Shown: one piece after another, positions 1-13,460 of the stretch
Position numbering within the stretch: position 1 is the first letter of the stretch
Layout of the letters: each line of letters begins with the position of its first letter
Made by a program: the position numbers and the translations under genes
NCBI GenBank assembly: GCA_049724395.1
Contig: JAUGWO010000091.1
Coordinates: 248,001-312,000, forward strand
Reading direction: 5' to 3'
From: Spongospora subterranea f. sp. subterranea
Taxonomy: Eukaryota
Length of the DNA: 64,000 bases
The notes under the pieces: model-generated
The model's database searches: none
What the model was told of the DNA's origin: nothing
The model's input: only the letters and a program-made list of their open reading frames with translations

Positions 1-960
1 TCAGGAAACATCTCGGTACGATATCGATAACAATAAGATGTTTTCGGTCACTAATTAACGAAAACACGGAAAAGAATGGGATATTACTTCCTTCAACCCA
101 ATAGAATACGATTGAGGGTCGCAATTGGCGCGAAGATCGAACCGATCGATAACTTGTTCAGTTAACGAGCCACACGCGCCTTCAGCGAATATTGTCTGAG
201 ATGCGCGTAGCTCCATCCCGGGCTGATAATTATCTACAATGGAATCAGTTCCTAATTACCCCAAATTATACCCCAAACGACCTTTATGTTTTCCGTCTTT
301 CCCGATTCCGAAATCACGGGTGACTACGCCGGCAACAGCGCCTTTATCATCATAAATTACATCGCTGGCTGCGAAACCGGGATAAACATCAACACCGCTA
401 ATCGACAGCAAAAGAGTCAATATCGCCGCCAGCAGAGACACAATTGGCCCGTGTTACCATTCCATGGCTTTATCGCCAAGCCATTGTACAAGTCGCCCCA
501 GGCTGATCACGTAATTCCCAGCGTTATGCAACGCTGGCGGTATGGGAACAGGTATCGACCATGAACTATTCGGTAAATACCTGAACCGATCTTTGGTCAC
601 TTCCGTCTGTAATGGCGCCTGTACATCATTTGATCATCAGCGGACGCCCCCGATGGCCAAAACAAAAACCACGATCGGTTTGAAGTTAAATAACGTGTTT
701 GATACCTGAGTTGAGCGCCAATCCGGCAATAATTCATTGAGAGCCCGAGGATCAAACACATTGCCGGATAGAATATGGGACCCGAGTTCACCACTCTTCT
801 CAATCACACAGACGTTGAGGTCGGCGCGGCGCTGTTTGAGGCGAATGGCGGCCGAGAGACCAGCCGGGCCGGCGCCCACAATCAGGACATCAACGGCGAT
901 GGAATCGCGGGCGATGCTGGTCAGGCATCGTCTCCAGGTTCTCCTGGCCAACACCATCAT
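1..960 (-). CDS. ETFDH: Electron-transfer flavoprotein:ubiquinone oxidoreductase, mitochondrial (multi-exon; 3' part runs off the window start)
   Basis: Arg-rich N-terminal targeting-like peptide, then DVLIVGAGPAGLSAAIRLKQ...VIEK..ELGSHILSGNVFDPRALNELLPDW. Later exon GVDVYPGFAASDVIYDDKGAVAGVVTRDFGIGKDG. Confidence 0.93.
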
Positions 961-1433
961 GATCGTTAAGTGCGCCGTCCCTTTCTTAACAATATGACCA
1001 GGGGGATAATAGCGCCACCTCCACCCCCAATATCCAATCGGGTCAATACATTATTATCCTGGTCACTATCAATTACCCCCTTTTTTCCATTTTCACGAAT
1101 TTTCCTCAATTTATTTCAGATTGACGTGAAATTCGTGTGTGAATTATTGTCGCTGGTCCTATGGGCCATTCATATCTGGATGATGACCATGAAGAGGGGG
1201 TTCATTGTGATCACATCTCGTGTTTGGATATGGTATTAACTTGATGGGGTTCTGCCTGGTTCCATGGGGTTCAACAGATCAACAGGGAAACAGGACCCGA
1301 TCTGGATTGTTTTCGGGCGGATTCGCCGTCCCGTTATCTGGATGGATCTGGAATACGTCGATCTGGATCGGCCCGTTGGACAGGGACAAATAGGCCAAAC
1401 CGCCCCAACCAGCATTAATAACTCGACTGGACC

Positions 1434-4348
1434 ATGAATTGGTTAACGGGAACGGTGTCGCCCTGGGCGATACTGCTGCTGACCATAATCCTGCTCGGGA
1501 GCGGATCGGGTCAGACCTCACTCGGATCGGGGTCGTTCACCACCACCGATGGGTCATATTCGGCCAACTGGACCATGATCGACGCCAACACCATCGCGTT
1601 CACGATTAGCGCCATGACGAGTGGATGGGTCTCCATTGGCTGGTCGGTTAACCCACGAGGTATACCGGGGTCGTACACTCGTTGTCCCACAGCACATTGA
1701 TCGTAAATCTGATCGATATCACACATTGTATCATATCTGTTCGGCGATGGGAATTTTTTTTGAATTTTTGCGTTTATTGAAGTGGATCTTGGGCCGTTAT
1801 AAACATATGGGTTTAGATTCATGGAATGGATTGGTAAATGGGTATTCCATTCAGGTCACCTAAACACAGCGGCCGTTGTTGCCTGGGTTGGCAACGATGG
1901 CGCCACAACCATCATCGACGGGTTCTCGGCCACATCGCGTCGCACTCCGACCCCGGCCAACTTTATCGACAGTGTCGGGGTGACCGGGACCCAGTCCAAC
2001 GGTCGAACCAGCGTTGCGTTCCGCCACCCGATCAAGTCAATGGACGCCCAGCACGTCCCGATCATCAACGGCGACATGTACCTGGTTTGGGCATATGGCG
2101 CTACCGATGGCACATCGGCCAGCGCGTATGTCCAACACTCGACCAGTACTCGTGGGTTGGCCAAGGTCAATTTCCTGGCCAAAGGTGGCGTTACGATTGG
2201 CAACGCCATCACGATGCCAACCTATCTGTTTGGGCTGATAACCGACCCGGCATCGGGGATCAGTATCGTCACCGCCCTGGTCCTCGTCATCCTTGCCGTC
2301 GTCCTTCGCCTGTACAAACTCAAGAAGCGCTGGCGTGAGGCCATCCGACGGAAGGCGTTTCGCGGGTTTATGGGCCCGGCTGGGTTCGCCGACGGTCTAG
2401 ATCTCGTAGAGCGGTCGTCCGTTGCCCAATCAAAACGGATTTTCAACAAGGACGTGAACCCTGAACTATCCCGTAATAATATCAACGATCCGTTCCAAGT
2501 GTCGTCTGTATCTGCATCCAGCGGTCAATTCCCATTTCTGCAGAAGACGTTCGGTCCCGCTCCAATATACGATGATCCCGGTAGTGATCTTAACGACACC
2601 TCTAACGACGATCTCACCCTGAATATCGTCCCCTCTGGCGGGTTCTTTCGTGGATCGGAACCCGTTTCGTTCTCCGACAAATCATCGTCTTCCCCGCCAT
2701 TGGACGTCTACATCGTCGATCAGAAACCGATATCGAGTCCGGTGAAGAATGCGCTGGTGCGGTTCTGGCGTTTGCGCCTGTCGGGAAGTCAGCTGGCGCT
2801 AAAACACGTGATCCTGTTCGCGTCGTTCCTGGCTGTGAACGCGTTCTGGTTGGGGTTGTGGATCTGGGACGATGGCGATATCGGTATCGGGTTGGGGTAT
2901 GTGGCGACGGCCAATGCATTCTGGGTGGCGATACCAGCCACACGAAACTCGGCAATGTCGCTGATATTCGAGATCCCGATCGATCGCGCCATCACGTTCC
3001 ATCGCTGGCTAGGGCGTCTGGTCGTGGCGTCGGTCATCGCTCACGGTCTGTGGGAGATCATCCCGCAGCTGCGGGACGTCGCCGCCGTCGACGTCGTCCT
3101 GATGGACCAGACCAACCTGACCGGTGTCGTATCGGGTGTCAGCGCCCTGGTCATCCTGTTCACATCGTTCCAGTCCCTTCGTCGCCATCTCTTCCAGTTC
3201 TTCTTCTATTCCCATTTCGTGTTCATCCTGTTCTACCTGTTCATGGTGTTCCACGCCAAAGCCAATCACCCATACGTGTTCGCCGCCGTCGCCGTCTACA
3301 CCCTGGATCGTGTATTGCGACTTGCCAGAGGTGATGTTATACCATTTCGTGCCACTCAGGTCCAAACGTTACCGGGCAATGTTGTCCGTCTACGTTTCCC
3401 CAAGCGTAAATACGCTACATATACGGCCGGGCAATACGTGTTCGTCAACTTCCCGACCATTGCTCTGTTGGAATGGCACCCGTTCTCGTTATCATCAGGT
3501 AAGACCATCCCCCGTTAATCGTCGCCGTTCTCAATGGTCTGTTTGTGTTCAGGCCCTAAAGATGATCTGTGTGAGATTCACGTGAAGTCGCTAGGGAATA
3601 CGACCCGCGCGCTGTTGAACTCTATCCAGGGCAATCTAAGTGTCGTTCCGCCGTTGATACGGGTCGAAGGTATTGTTTCTGAGAAATCGGTTGGTGATTG
3701 GTCGGGGCGGAACTGACCATGGATTAGGCCCATATGGGCACCTATCGTCACGATATAAACGCTATTCCCACGTTCTACTGATCGGTGGTGGTGTTGGTAT
3801 AACGCCCTTGATCAGCATCATCAAGGACATCTATCAGCTCGAGATGAGTCTCCAGAGCAAAGCGAAACACGCTCGTTCCGCCTGGATCAAGTAGGACCCC
3901 ATTGTTCCCATGATCGTCATCTGACCCCGATATCGTCCCCAGACATGTTTATCTAGTGTGGTCGGTTCCAACCGAATTCGAATGGGCGTGGTTTGCCGAA
4001 ACTCTGGTGAAAGCGAGAGTGTTGGCGTCAGCGCCAGGTTATCCACAGATCACGATCGCCGGGCACATCACCCAACAGAAGTCGACGGCCGACCCGAGTC
4101 TGATCATTGGCCGGCCCGATCTGGAGACCATCTTCCGCTACGTCGAAGGGACCATGATGTCGGAACCCGATCCGGTCAACGCCCAACCGCCGACCGAGTC
4201 GTCACTGCGAACCGCCAGCCTGAAAGGTCGGGCGGTGGTCTACACGTGTGGGCCAAGAATCATGGTCGACGAGGCATGGGATCTGGCCCGGAAACGGACT
4301 CGAGGACAATGCCGATTCGATTTCCACCACGAAGTGTTCAATTTTTAA
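1434..4348 (+). CDS. DOMON domain + ferric reductase/NADPH-oxidase-type flavocytochrome (signal peptide, DOMON, TM, linker, multi-TM heme domain, FAD- and NADPH-binding domains); about 4 introns
   Basis: Signal peptide; DOMON motifs GWVSIGWS and MYLVWAYG...YVQH; heme His pairs FHRWLGR...IAHG and SHFVF...[54 protein letters not shown]. First intron 1660-1854. Confidence 0.88.
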
Positions 4349-4424
4349 ATGATGATCATATCTATCGTTGTACCAGTAATGCGTTTTTGAGCGTGAAAAT
4401 CGGATAAAAACAAATAGGGTTTTG

Positions 4425-6233
4425 TCATTTTGATTGTTGCGATTCTGATTGGTCGGATTCGACCATGGTGATACGTTGATACACACCGGCCGCGAGGCTT
4501 TGGATCAGGCGCAGATCGGATGGATCGCTGATGGCGTCGCCCAAGTAATGTAACAGGCGAAACGAGCGTTTCAGCTGCGTTGCGGTCTTGGTCGAGGGTT
4601 CCTCCATCAACTCGGCAACGCACGCCCCCCGTGCAATCTGTATGCTATGTTCGAATATTCTCTGCTCGGCGCACGAGATCGTTCGTCTCGAACTGTCTTC
4701 GAAAACATCCCTCAATCTGAGAATGTAATCGCTTAGGGCAACATCGAGGGCGATGAACGACACGGCCAGTACTTATTGGATTGAATGGTGAGGTGTTGAA
4801 TGCGTCTCGCAGACCAGTTATCGATGCGCTGATCCGATTGCGATAGTTTATCTTTGAGTCGCAGGAGCTGTCGCCCATCAACGAGAAGGGCGATGGCTTT
4901 GGCGTAGAGCGGCAATGCGATTTCGGGCTTCTTGATAGCGGCATCGGCGAGATCCCCAACAATGCTGGCCGCCTTTATCAGATCATATTCGTTCTGCTGC
5001 AAACCCTTGGGCGTACTCGAAAACCCTTGAACGGATGGGTTTATCGCCACAACTAATTTCCAGAACCGATGAGTTACACTTTTTGGTTTTCACCAGAACG
5101 ATGATGATCTACGTTGGTTGTCGGGAATTGATAACAAGCACGGGTGCGAGCAAAGGGCGTCAATTGTCAAGCGATCAGCAGGATGGCGCTGAAGAAGCCC
5201 TTTGATGACAGTTTGACAACCATCGGATATCTCCAGCGACCTTCACAACATTATCAGATTTTCGTCATGTTCTTGAAACCTGCCCTTACCTGGGAAATGT
5301 GATTTCACCGGCATCGATCTTGGCCAAGAGTTCCGTACTGCTCCGGGCATAATACGGGGGGATTCCGGTGACCATCTCGTAGAAAATGGCGCCAACCGAC
5401 CATAGATCAGCCAATCTGGGGTCGTAGGCTTGATTGCGAAGGATCTCTGGCGCCATATACTGTGGAGAACCGCATATCGTCTGTGCTAATACTTCACTAT
5501 CGATATCCCTAAAAATGAAATAATGGGCAATGAACCCACAACTAATAATTTGGTTCAGTACCTGGCGAGCCCGAAATCGGCGATTTTCAGGCGGGTACCA
5601 TTCTCCAAAAGAAGAAGATTGTGAGGTTTTAGGTCGCGATGGGCCATGTTCTTCGAGTGCAGGAAAGACAGGCCATTGGCTAGCTGGCGAAACAGGTTGA
5701 CCGCGGCGGCCTCGTGGATTGGGCGATCAAGTCGGGTCATGTATTCGGCCAAATCTTCGTTGCAGAGTTCGATAACCAGATAAATATGCCTGATAAGGAG
5801 CACGATGTATGAACATTATTATTATCGTATAAATAAAAAATTATTAAACAATAAAAATCGCCAGAGCGTTTCAAACACCCAACTGGTTTTCTTCTCAGAA
5901 ACCTCGTCAGAGACGACGCAAAATGAGCAAACAAGGCAAAACAGCATAATGTCAATCTGTTGTGAAATATAGAAATTACCTGTCTGTTTTATGAACTTCA
6001 ATAAGTTTGACAATATTGGTGTGGCTGATGGAAGTCATGATGGCGATCTCCGAATCAAGATGGGGGTGCTTTAACCGGATCTTATCAAGGTTGATGCCCT
6101 TGATGGCCACCAATTCCCCCGTGTGGATGTGGACCCCCTTCCACACGATCGCGAACGACCCCACCCCAAGCTTCGACAAGATTTCATATTCCCCAATAAA
6201 CTGAATCGGTGTGGCGACAAAATCATCGCCCAT
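4425..6233 (-). CDS. ATG1: ATG1/ULK-like Ser/Thr kinase with C-terminal helical (MIT-like) region, multi-exon
   Basis: [73 protein letters not shown]-terminal [12 protein letters not shown] and [17 protein letters not shown] segments resemble ATG1 tandem MIT. Confidence 0.78.
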
Positions 6234-6418
6234 CCTGTCTATGTGTCCACCACAGTGGCCCTATAGAACTGCACTTATGTGGTGGACGGCAGCTCGCAAC
6301 ATAACGGATTTGCCCGATTATTGTCTAATCTCCGAGAACACCGTCAAGGAAACGACCGAGAGAACACGAGAAACCTACTCAGATTCCAAGGGACTCGGGT
6401 ACTCTGTGATGGAAAAAT

Positions 6419-7538
6419 TTATCGATTCTTTCTTCTACGACGAATCAGGTTTCGTAAAAAGTCGCGCCGATTGGAAAGGTAATCAAATCCCGATGCCAAA
6501 GTGCTGCCGACGACGCCGTATGCCATTAGCTGGACCAGTTGTGGTTCAGGAAAGTCAAACGTTATTGATGTGATACCGGCACTAATCCACAGCAATTGAG
6601 CCGCTGTATTTAGCTGAAGAAGGGTCAGGCCGTCGATGATTTTCACGTGATTCTGTAAAACTACCTTGCCAAGTAAAGATGGGCGCACCTCATGTGTAGG
6701 ATAGGACGCGACATCGAAGTAGTTTTGCAGAGAGATATTGCGGCTTATAAGAGACCGATAGCGAACGACAGCAGTTCCACAAATAAGAAGAACGTCACGT
6801 CCGACGACAAATACAACCGACCACATTGGTAAAGCCTCCATTGATACCAAAGTCAACGCCATTGTTCCTAACAGGCCACTAAACTATGAGAAATAATATT
6901 TGGACGGGTTTAAACCGGGGCAGAAAACAGTGAAAAAACTGAGTAGTTTTTTGTGAATGAAGTGTAAACAATGTAACCAGATCTTATCACGTTTACTGGA
7001 TCAACACAATCAATAAAATTTAGCTTACCGATCAGGAACTTATCGGCAAATGGATCTAAATAAGATCCAAGTAACGATTGCTGGTTAAACTTTTTGGCAA
7101 TCCATCCATCGGCGAAATCCGAGATTCCAGCCAGCACGAACCCACAAAATGCCATTCGCTGATGGCCAGTTAGCATCATATACCCAATCACAGGCGTACA
7201 CGCGATTCTACAACCTGAGGAACGGAATGATGTTAAACAAAGAAACAAATTCGCCAATGAATAACGATGAGAAAACACATTATCAACTTTCACGAATTAC
7301 TTGTAATAATGTTCGGTACGGTGAAGAACGTTGTCCTTGATTGCGAAACCGATGATGGCTCCACACGATTGTGAACTGCTGCCACACAGGCACGGTGAGG
7401 CTTCAATAGGCGTAGCAGACGCGGTCGGGAGCCGAGTGCTACACGGGGAAGCGGCAGCGAAACGGGGCGTTTCAGCGATTGAAAAGCAAACGAGAGGCCA
7501 GCGCGATATGAAATCGATGCAGGGTGCAGGGAGAACAT
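6419..7538 (-). CDS. CRLS1: Cardiolipin synthase (CDP-alcohol phosphatidyltransferase), multi-exon
   Basis: Mitochondrial-type presequence; FTVPNIIT; CDP-alcohol motif SDFADGWIAKKFNQQSLLGSYLDPFADK; GRDVLL; PSLLGK.NTAAQ. Confidence 0.88.
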
Positions 7539-7774
7539 TGTGGAAACAATGAGCAGCGACTTGGTATGATGATCTGGTCAAGCTGCTAATCAAGTGATAG
7601 TACTGCACTCGTCCCTGCTATTGTTGGCACAGGTTGGCACCCGATCACCCTAATCGTAATTAGAATGGCGCGGCTGTAACAGTGAACCAGAGATGGCCGA
7701 CTGCCCCGCCTCTCTCCCCCCCCCCCTTGGTCGTTGGTGTTACACGATGCAGTTAGGAAGTGGTGTGGACAGTC

Positions 7775-10700
7775 ATGACTACACCAACGACGGACTGCGC
7801 TTTAATGACGTACGGTGGGACATTGTCATCGGTTGACCAATCAAATAAACTCCACCAGGCTGTCAGTTTGGTTTTACTACCTATTCGAAAGCCCACACAT
7901 TTGGATAGGATATATCCTGATTTAAGGCAAACCTGGAAGAGAATTACTGTGATGTTGCTCGTTTCACAATGTTTCGACGTCCAGCAAATTCCGGATCTTT
8001 TCTCACAGCGTGACTCAGTTAAATATCTGGTTCGATTGTACGTACAAAAACGACCAATTCGATCCAGTGTTTTACTGTCTGGCGTTTCTGAAGACGGTTT
8101 TTTTATTATGGGCTAATCCAGTGGTCTTTTGCTGGCCGTTGATTCAATCAAAGCCGCAACCCTCTATTGAAGAGGGTGCCTTCACAGTTCAACATATAGG
8201 GCAAATAAATGGTCGAGACAAATTTGATCGCGGCCTTAGCTTTGCCTCGGTTCTGGCAGCAAGACCATGAATGTGGCGCATGTACAGCGTGCGGCCAGAC
8301 GTTCTCCTTGCTTCTAAGACGAGTAAGCTGAAATTCAATGGGTACCATCACTCCCTAATGTATGGCCTTCAGCATCATTGCAGGATATGTGGATTCATAT
8401 TCTGCTCGTCTTGTAGCGGAACTGAGCTGACAGGTCCTGAAAATGGCTATCCGGGTCAGGAAAGAATTCGAACATGTTTGAATTGTTTTGCTTTCGCGCA
8501 CAACTCCAAATTGAACGCGTTGAAATACCTCTCCCACCCGCTCTTGCAGACCCTTCCAGAATGGATAGAATCGGATATCAAGTCACTGGAAAACGACCTG
8601 AATCCAAATATGAAACTGTTCATTGACAGCATGGATGCCTATGGAAACAAGCATGCCCATAGGTTATCGTCATTTCCCAACATTTCTGTAAAACCACTTC
8701 CTAGTAACAAACAGTTTCTGCACGATCTGTATAATGGCCACCTGCGACATATTCTACAACAGCTTCTAATAAGGCACGGGCATGATGACAAGACCTGGAC
8801 AGATATCATTTTCAGATTTGCCATAAAGTGCTCATGGCAGTTGCGACCCTGTAATTCAGAAATGGATCTATCGTCAATGATTCATGTAAGTCCCAAACCA
8901 TTCAATGTGCGTCATTCTTATTCGTGTCAAATAAGGTTATCGGTATAACGGAGGGGGCTCCCTCAGATAGTTTCATTCTTGATGGCATCGCCTTAACTAA
9001 TCTGAACGTGGTTCATCGTAAAATGAGAACCGAAATCCACAATCCCAAAGTCTTGCTTCTGGATTGCAACTTCCGTCAACAGCATCAGCACAATATGACT
9101 TCATTGAAGTCGTTGCTGAATTTTTCAAATAATGAAAATCATTCGCAATCTTATATTGACAAGATCTTGTCTTTGTCGCCTGACGTCGTCATTACTCGAG
9201 GTTTGAAATTTCTTGACATTGTTGTTTTACTGGTGATATTTTTACATAGATGCTATTGCGTTGGAAACTGCACGTATCTTCACTACGCACGGGATTAGTG
9301 CTATATCAGGGGTCAGCGAACAAGAGTTATCCATGTTGCAACGATGCTTGGACGTTCCAATTTTCAGTGCGATTGCTCTAATGAATCCTCTTTTGGATTT
9401 GACAAAAATCTGGGTATGACGGGTTTTCTAACGTTCAGTTTGCATTGACATTTGTTTAGAGGCAATGCGTTTCATTTAGCATTGAGCGCTTGCAACTTCC
9501 GTGTTCAAGTCGATATGCGGTATCAGATAAATCCAGCATTTACATGAAACTCGCTCTACCTGAAGAATCATCTTCGTTTTTAACACTGATTCTTAACGGA
9601 ATCGGATCCATCGATCAACTAACAATGCTGAAGTCGATAATCCATGCTGCCGTCATGAGTGCATGGAATCTCACTCTTGAAGCATCATACATTTTCGATA
9701 GCTCGGCATCCTTTATCCCGGAAACATTTGAAAAATCGCCCTCAATCTCACCTGTTGATGATAAAGGGGTCGCTTCCGTGTCTGACGTTCCGTTCGGTCC
9801 ATTATCATCTTCTCCGTTAGTCGTGGTTCATACTCCCTCCATTGAGCGTAGATCTATCATAACAGATAAGAAGGACACTACTGGATTATTTCCAAACCAG
9901 GCCTCTCCCAGTTGGCTTCCAACTGACCAGCTACTCACGTGGTCGCTCGACATTGGTCTATACTGGCTCCATAAAGAATCCGCCGCCGGGCAGAAGCACG
10001 TACCATGCTTCCGACCTCAATTCATCAGCACGATGTTCTACGACAAAACTGATGTAAGAACTGTCGGTAAAACTACACCGTTACGACACTGATCACGAGT
10101 TGCAGACGACACTAGGAGAGTTTCTCCGAGAGACATGTTTCAATGCAGGACGGCAATGTACGTGCGGTCGTAACATATTACATCACAGGTGAACATGAAC
10201 ATGAGTGGGTTGGGGCTGCAGCCATCTAACTCCTTAATCGAGGTGCTGTATTGTCCATGGGAATGGGAAGTTGGCGATCGAGGTCGATCTACTGCCGCAG
10301 ACCTTACTCCAGTCAACCAGCTCGGGTGTGGATCAGAATCAAATCATGACCTGGCTATGGTGTGCCCACTGCCGTCGACGCTCATCTCCAGTTGTTGCGA
10401 TGACCTCCCGGGCTTTGCGACTGTCTCTGACAAAGTGTGTATGCCTTCATGTGTTTTTCAAGGCTTTCGGGACGACCTTTCATATTCTCTTTCTGTTCAG
10501 ATTTTTTGAAATTTGTTTATACGACTACCGTGCACGATCGCGGCATGAGTCTTGCGGTCACCGAATACATCGAGATATGATTCGTTGTTTCGGCATGGCC
10601 AACCTTATTGCCACTGTGGAGTATTCGTTCGCCACTCCGTATGAAGTGTCGATGTCTCCCAGAATGTTGAACTCGTCCCAACCTAATCGCAGAATCGCTC

Positions 10701-12859
10701 ATCTGGAATTGCTACGGATCGTGTCATTATGCGATAGCTCGTTAGCCATTGCTGCTCGCTATTCTAGTAGGAACACCCCTTCCATCGTAATTGATTCTGC
10801 ATCCGACGTTTGGCGCAATAAAATCCGGAAAGACTACAACATGATACGGACGACAGCTTCCGACATAGTTAAGGACGGTGCAGGACCAACGCGAACATAC
10901 CAACTATACTTGACATTGTTCAAGCTAATGGAGGCTTGGAAAGCTCAGGTAGCGACAACTTATGGTTAATTTCCTTTTGACAACTCAACTCAGCTTCAAT
11001 TCGAATGCAAACACTTTGTCCAACCATCAGTCACAAACTCGTTCCCAAATCCCATCGCTTTGCGTTGGTTTCTAGGAGATCGTCCTATGCCCGCGTTGAT
11101 CAAGACAGGAATATGGAACGTTCCTCCGACCTTTGGAGGATGTATCATACCAATAATTCCATCTCAGGTTGGGCCAGTTCAAAATTGCATTCATCAATGC
11201 CGCCCGACAACAATATAGGCATCGACCGTCATTGCACATGCTCTAGCATCGCTACAACATGCCGCTTTCATCTTGGAGAAACCATCGGCTTCTGGTATTC
11301 CTCAAGAATTGAAAGATGCGCCGATCGAGCAGGTCATGAGTAGCTGGACATACCATCTAGCTTCTATTCATCGCATTCAAATAGGTCTTGAAATGTTCGT
11401 TGCTAGCGGTGAATGGCCAAAATGAAATGGCTGCTTGCCAGGATGTCCTTCGATCAGTTCAACAAAGTATCATACCATCTAGGCTGTCTGTAACAGTTGA
11501 TTGTGCAGATTCTGGTAAGCCCTATTGACCCTCAATAAATTCGATACGTAGTAACAGGTCGTGCAGGACGATGCAACATTCACTTTGCGCGACAATTTCA
11601 AGTATTTATCTAAAATTCTTGACTGATAAGAAATCTCTGAATTATGGGCAGGCATTGCGACAATGCCTTTGTGGCAGCAACTTCGACGTTATAGAGTCGT
11701 TAACAAAGTCACGGCGATGGGCTGCGAAAGGCGGCAAAAGCAATGCGACTTTCATTCGCACGTTCGACGGGCGTCTCGTTTTGAAACAGATTTCGGCCAC
11801 TGAGGTAACCGTGGTATGTTTATTTCCAAACGTTATCATTTAGCATGAAATAGGCAAAAACGTTTGGTATCATTGCATCCGAGTATTTTCGATATGTAGC
11901 CGATCAGATTTTCTGCGATAAACCAAGTGTGCTTGTTCCAATACTTGGACTGTATGAATTGGTTCACGGACTCTCTACATCGACGTTTTTTACATTGATG
12001 CCCAATCTGTTCTGCGATCCAACGATTGAGCATGTTTTTGATTTAAAAGGAAAATCTTCAGGTTGGGCCTGATAGTAAATTTGTATTGACATGTTTCGAT
12101 AACGGGCTCATCAAGGTCGGTTGGTTTTGGAGCATCCTGTATCTCAGAAACACACTCAATCAAATTTTTTTCGCGAAACGCACGACTGGATCGATATCAG
12201 TTCTGAAGAGTTTACAAGCGCAAGGCGTAATTCCAATGGGCAGGTTTTTTATCACAACCTTTTGTTTAGTGAATCTCTGAGATAATCATAGGTCCTCCAA
12301 GATGAGAATCTTGCTCTTTTTACGCGTGGCGACCCCCTTCCTATATTGAGTTTTTTCTCGGACGCACTTAGTAGCGCGTTCGAAAATGATGCAAATTTTC
12401 TTGCCTGTCTAGGCATTATGGATTATTCAATTTTGCTGGGAATACGGGAACTCCCCCCGAAAAAGTTAACTGTCGGCATCATTGATTACATTAGGTTGTG
12501 GTTCAGATATACCGTAAATGTTCTTCGAGTGACTTTTCCACAGGTACTATTCATTGGATAAAAAGGTGGAAACAACCTTGAAGAGCCTACTAACGAAAGA
12601 GTCTCCTACTATTTTACCTCCTGTATTATATATGCAACGATTCATTGATAGTATGCATATGAATTTCATTAGCACACCGAATCGTGAAAGATCATCCAAG
12701 CAAATGCCCATTGACGCACTGGACGTTGATCCTGAAGAAGTTTTCAGAGACCAGTCAAGGCTTACCTCAGATTTGCCGGATACTAGTGATTCGCGATCGA
12801 GCTTCATTGCTGCTCGCGATCTTTTCTTGTTCAGCGATAGACAAAAATACAAATGCTAA
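7775..12859 (+). CDS. FAB1: 1-phosphatidylinositol-3-phosphate 5-kinase FAB1/PIKfyve, multi-exon (start approximate)
   Basis: FYVE domain (WQQDHEC..C...FSLLLRR|HHCRICGFIFC); Cpn60/TCP1-like region (VVHRKMRTEIHNPKVLLLD); Cys/His-rich region (CGHRIHRD); PIPK domain (WAAKGGKS, VFDLKG, GIMDYSILLG, VGIIDYIR, PTILPPVLYMQRF). Confidence 0.9.
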
Positions 12860-13460
12860 CAATCATTAGATTTCTTAATTATAAATTAATAATATAAGAG
12901 CCGGATTCTCATGAATAACTATTAACGAATATTTTTTGTGAGAAAACACAGATTGAAAAAAACATGCAAAAAGTTGCGCCAGTTCTGGATCGACGGCAAA
13001 CTCACGAAGGGTATTTGGTGAAATCGATTCGTAGCTCTCATTTAAAACGTCGGTAAAAGGCAAAGATACCGCCCGTCACGTACGGAATTCCAGAGCGCCA
13101 ATGCCTCTCGCTGAGGGAAGGGCCACGGAACCAACGAGCAGTACAGTAGGTTCACAATTGTGCGCGAAAAGTGTCAGGCCCACTGGGCCACTTGCCTCGC
13201 TCGAATTTCTACAGCATGCCTGCCCGCTGTAGTGCCGACATTTACAGTACATTTACCAAGCTGATTGCGTGCGTAGTCGGGAGTCGGGACGTATCTAGTT
13301 GGGACTTAAGTGAGTTACTGTGGGGCCTAGAGTCTCCAAGGTAACCGAAACGAGTCATCCATTCGCCAGGCCCATATAAGTTGAAGGGGTGAGCAAGGAT
13401 TAATCATTTTGATCAAACCTCGACGGTTGTTCATTTGCTGATTTGTTCTTCCGGGGCGTG

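Noticed and set aside
1838..4407. Numerous overlapping alternative-frame and antisense ORFs over the ferric reductase
   Set aside because: Shadow ORFs of GC-rich coding sequence with no recognisable motifs. The same applies to most short ORFs in the track.
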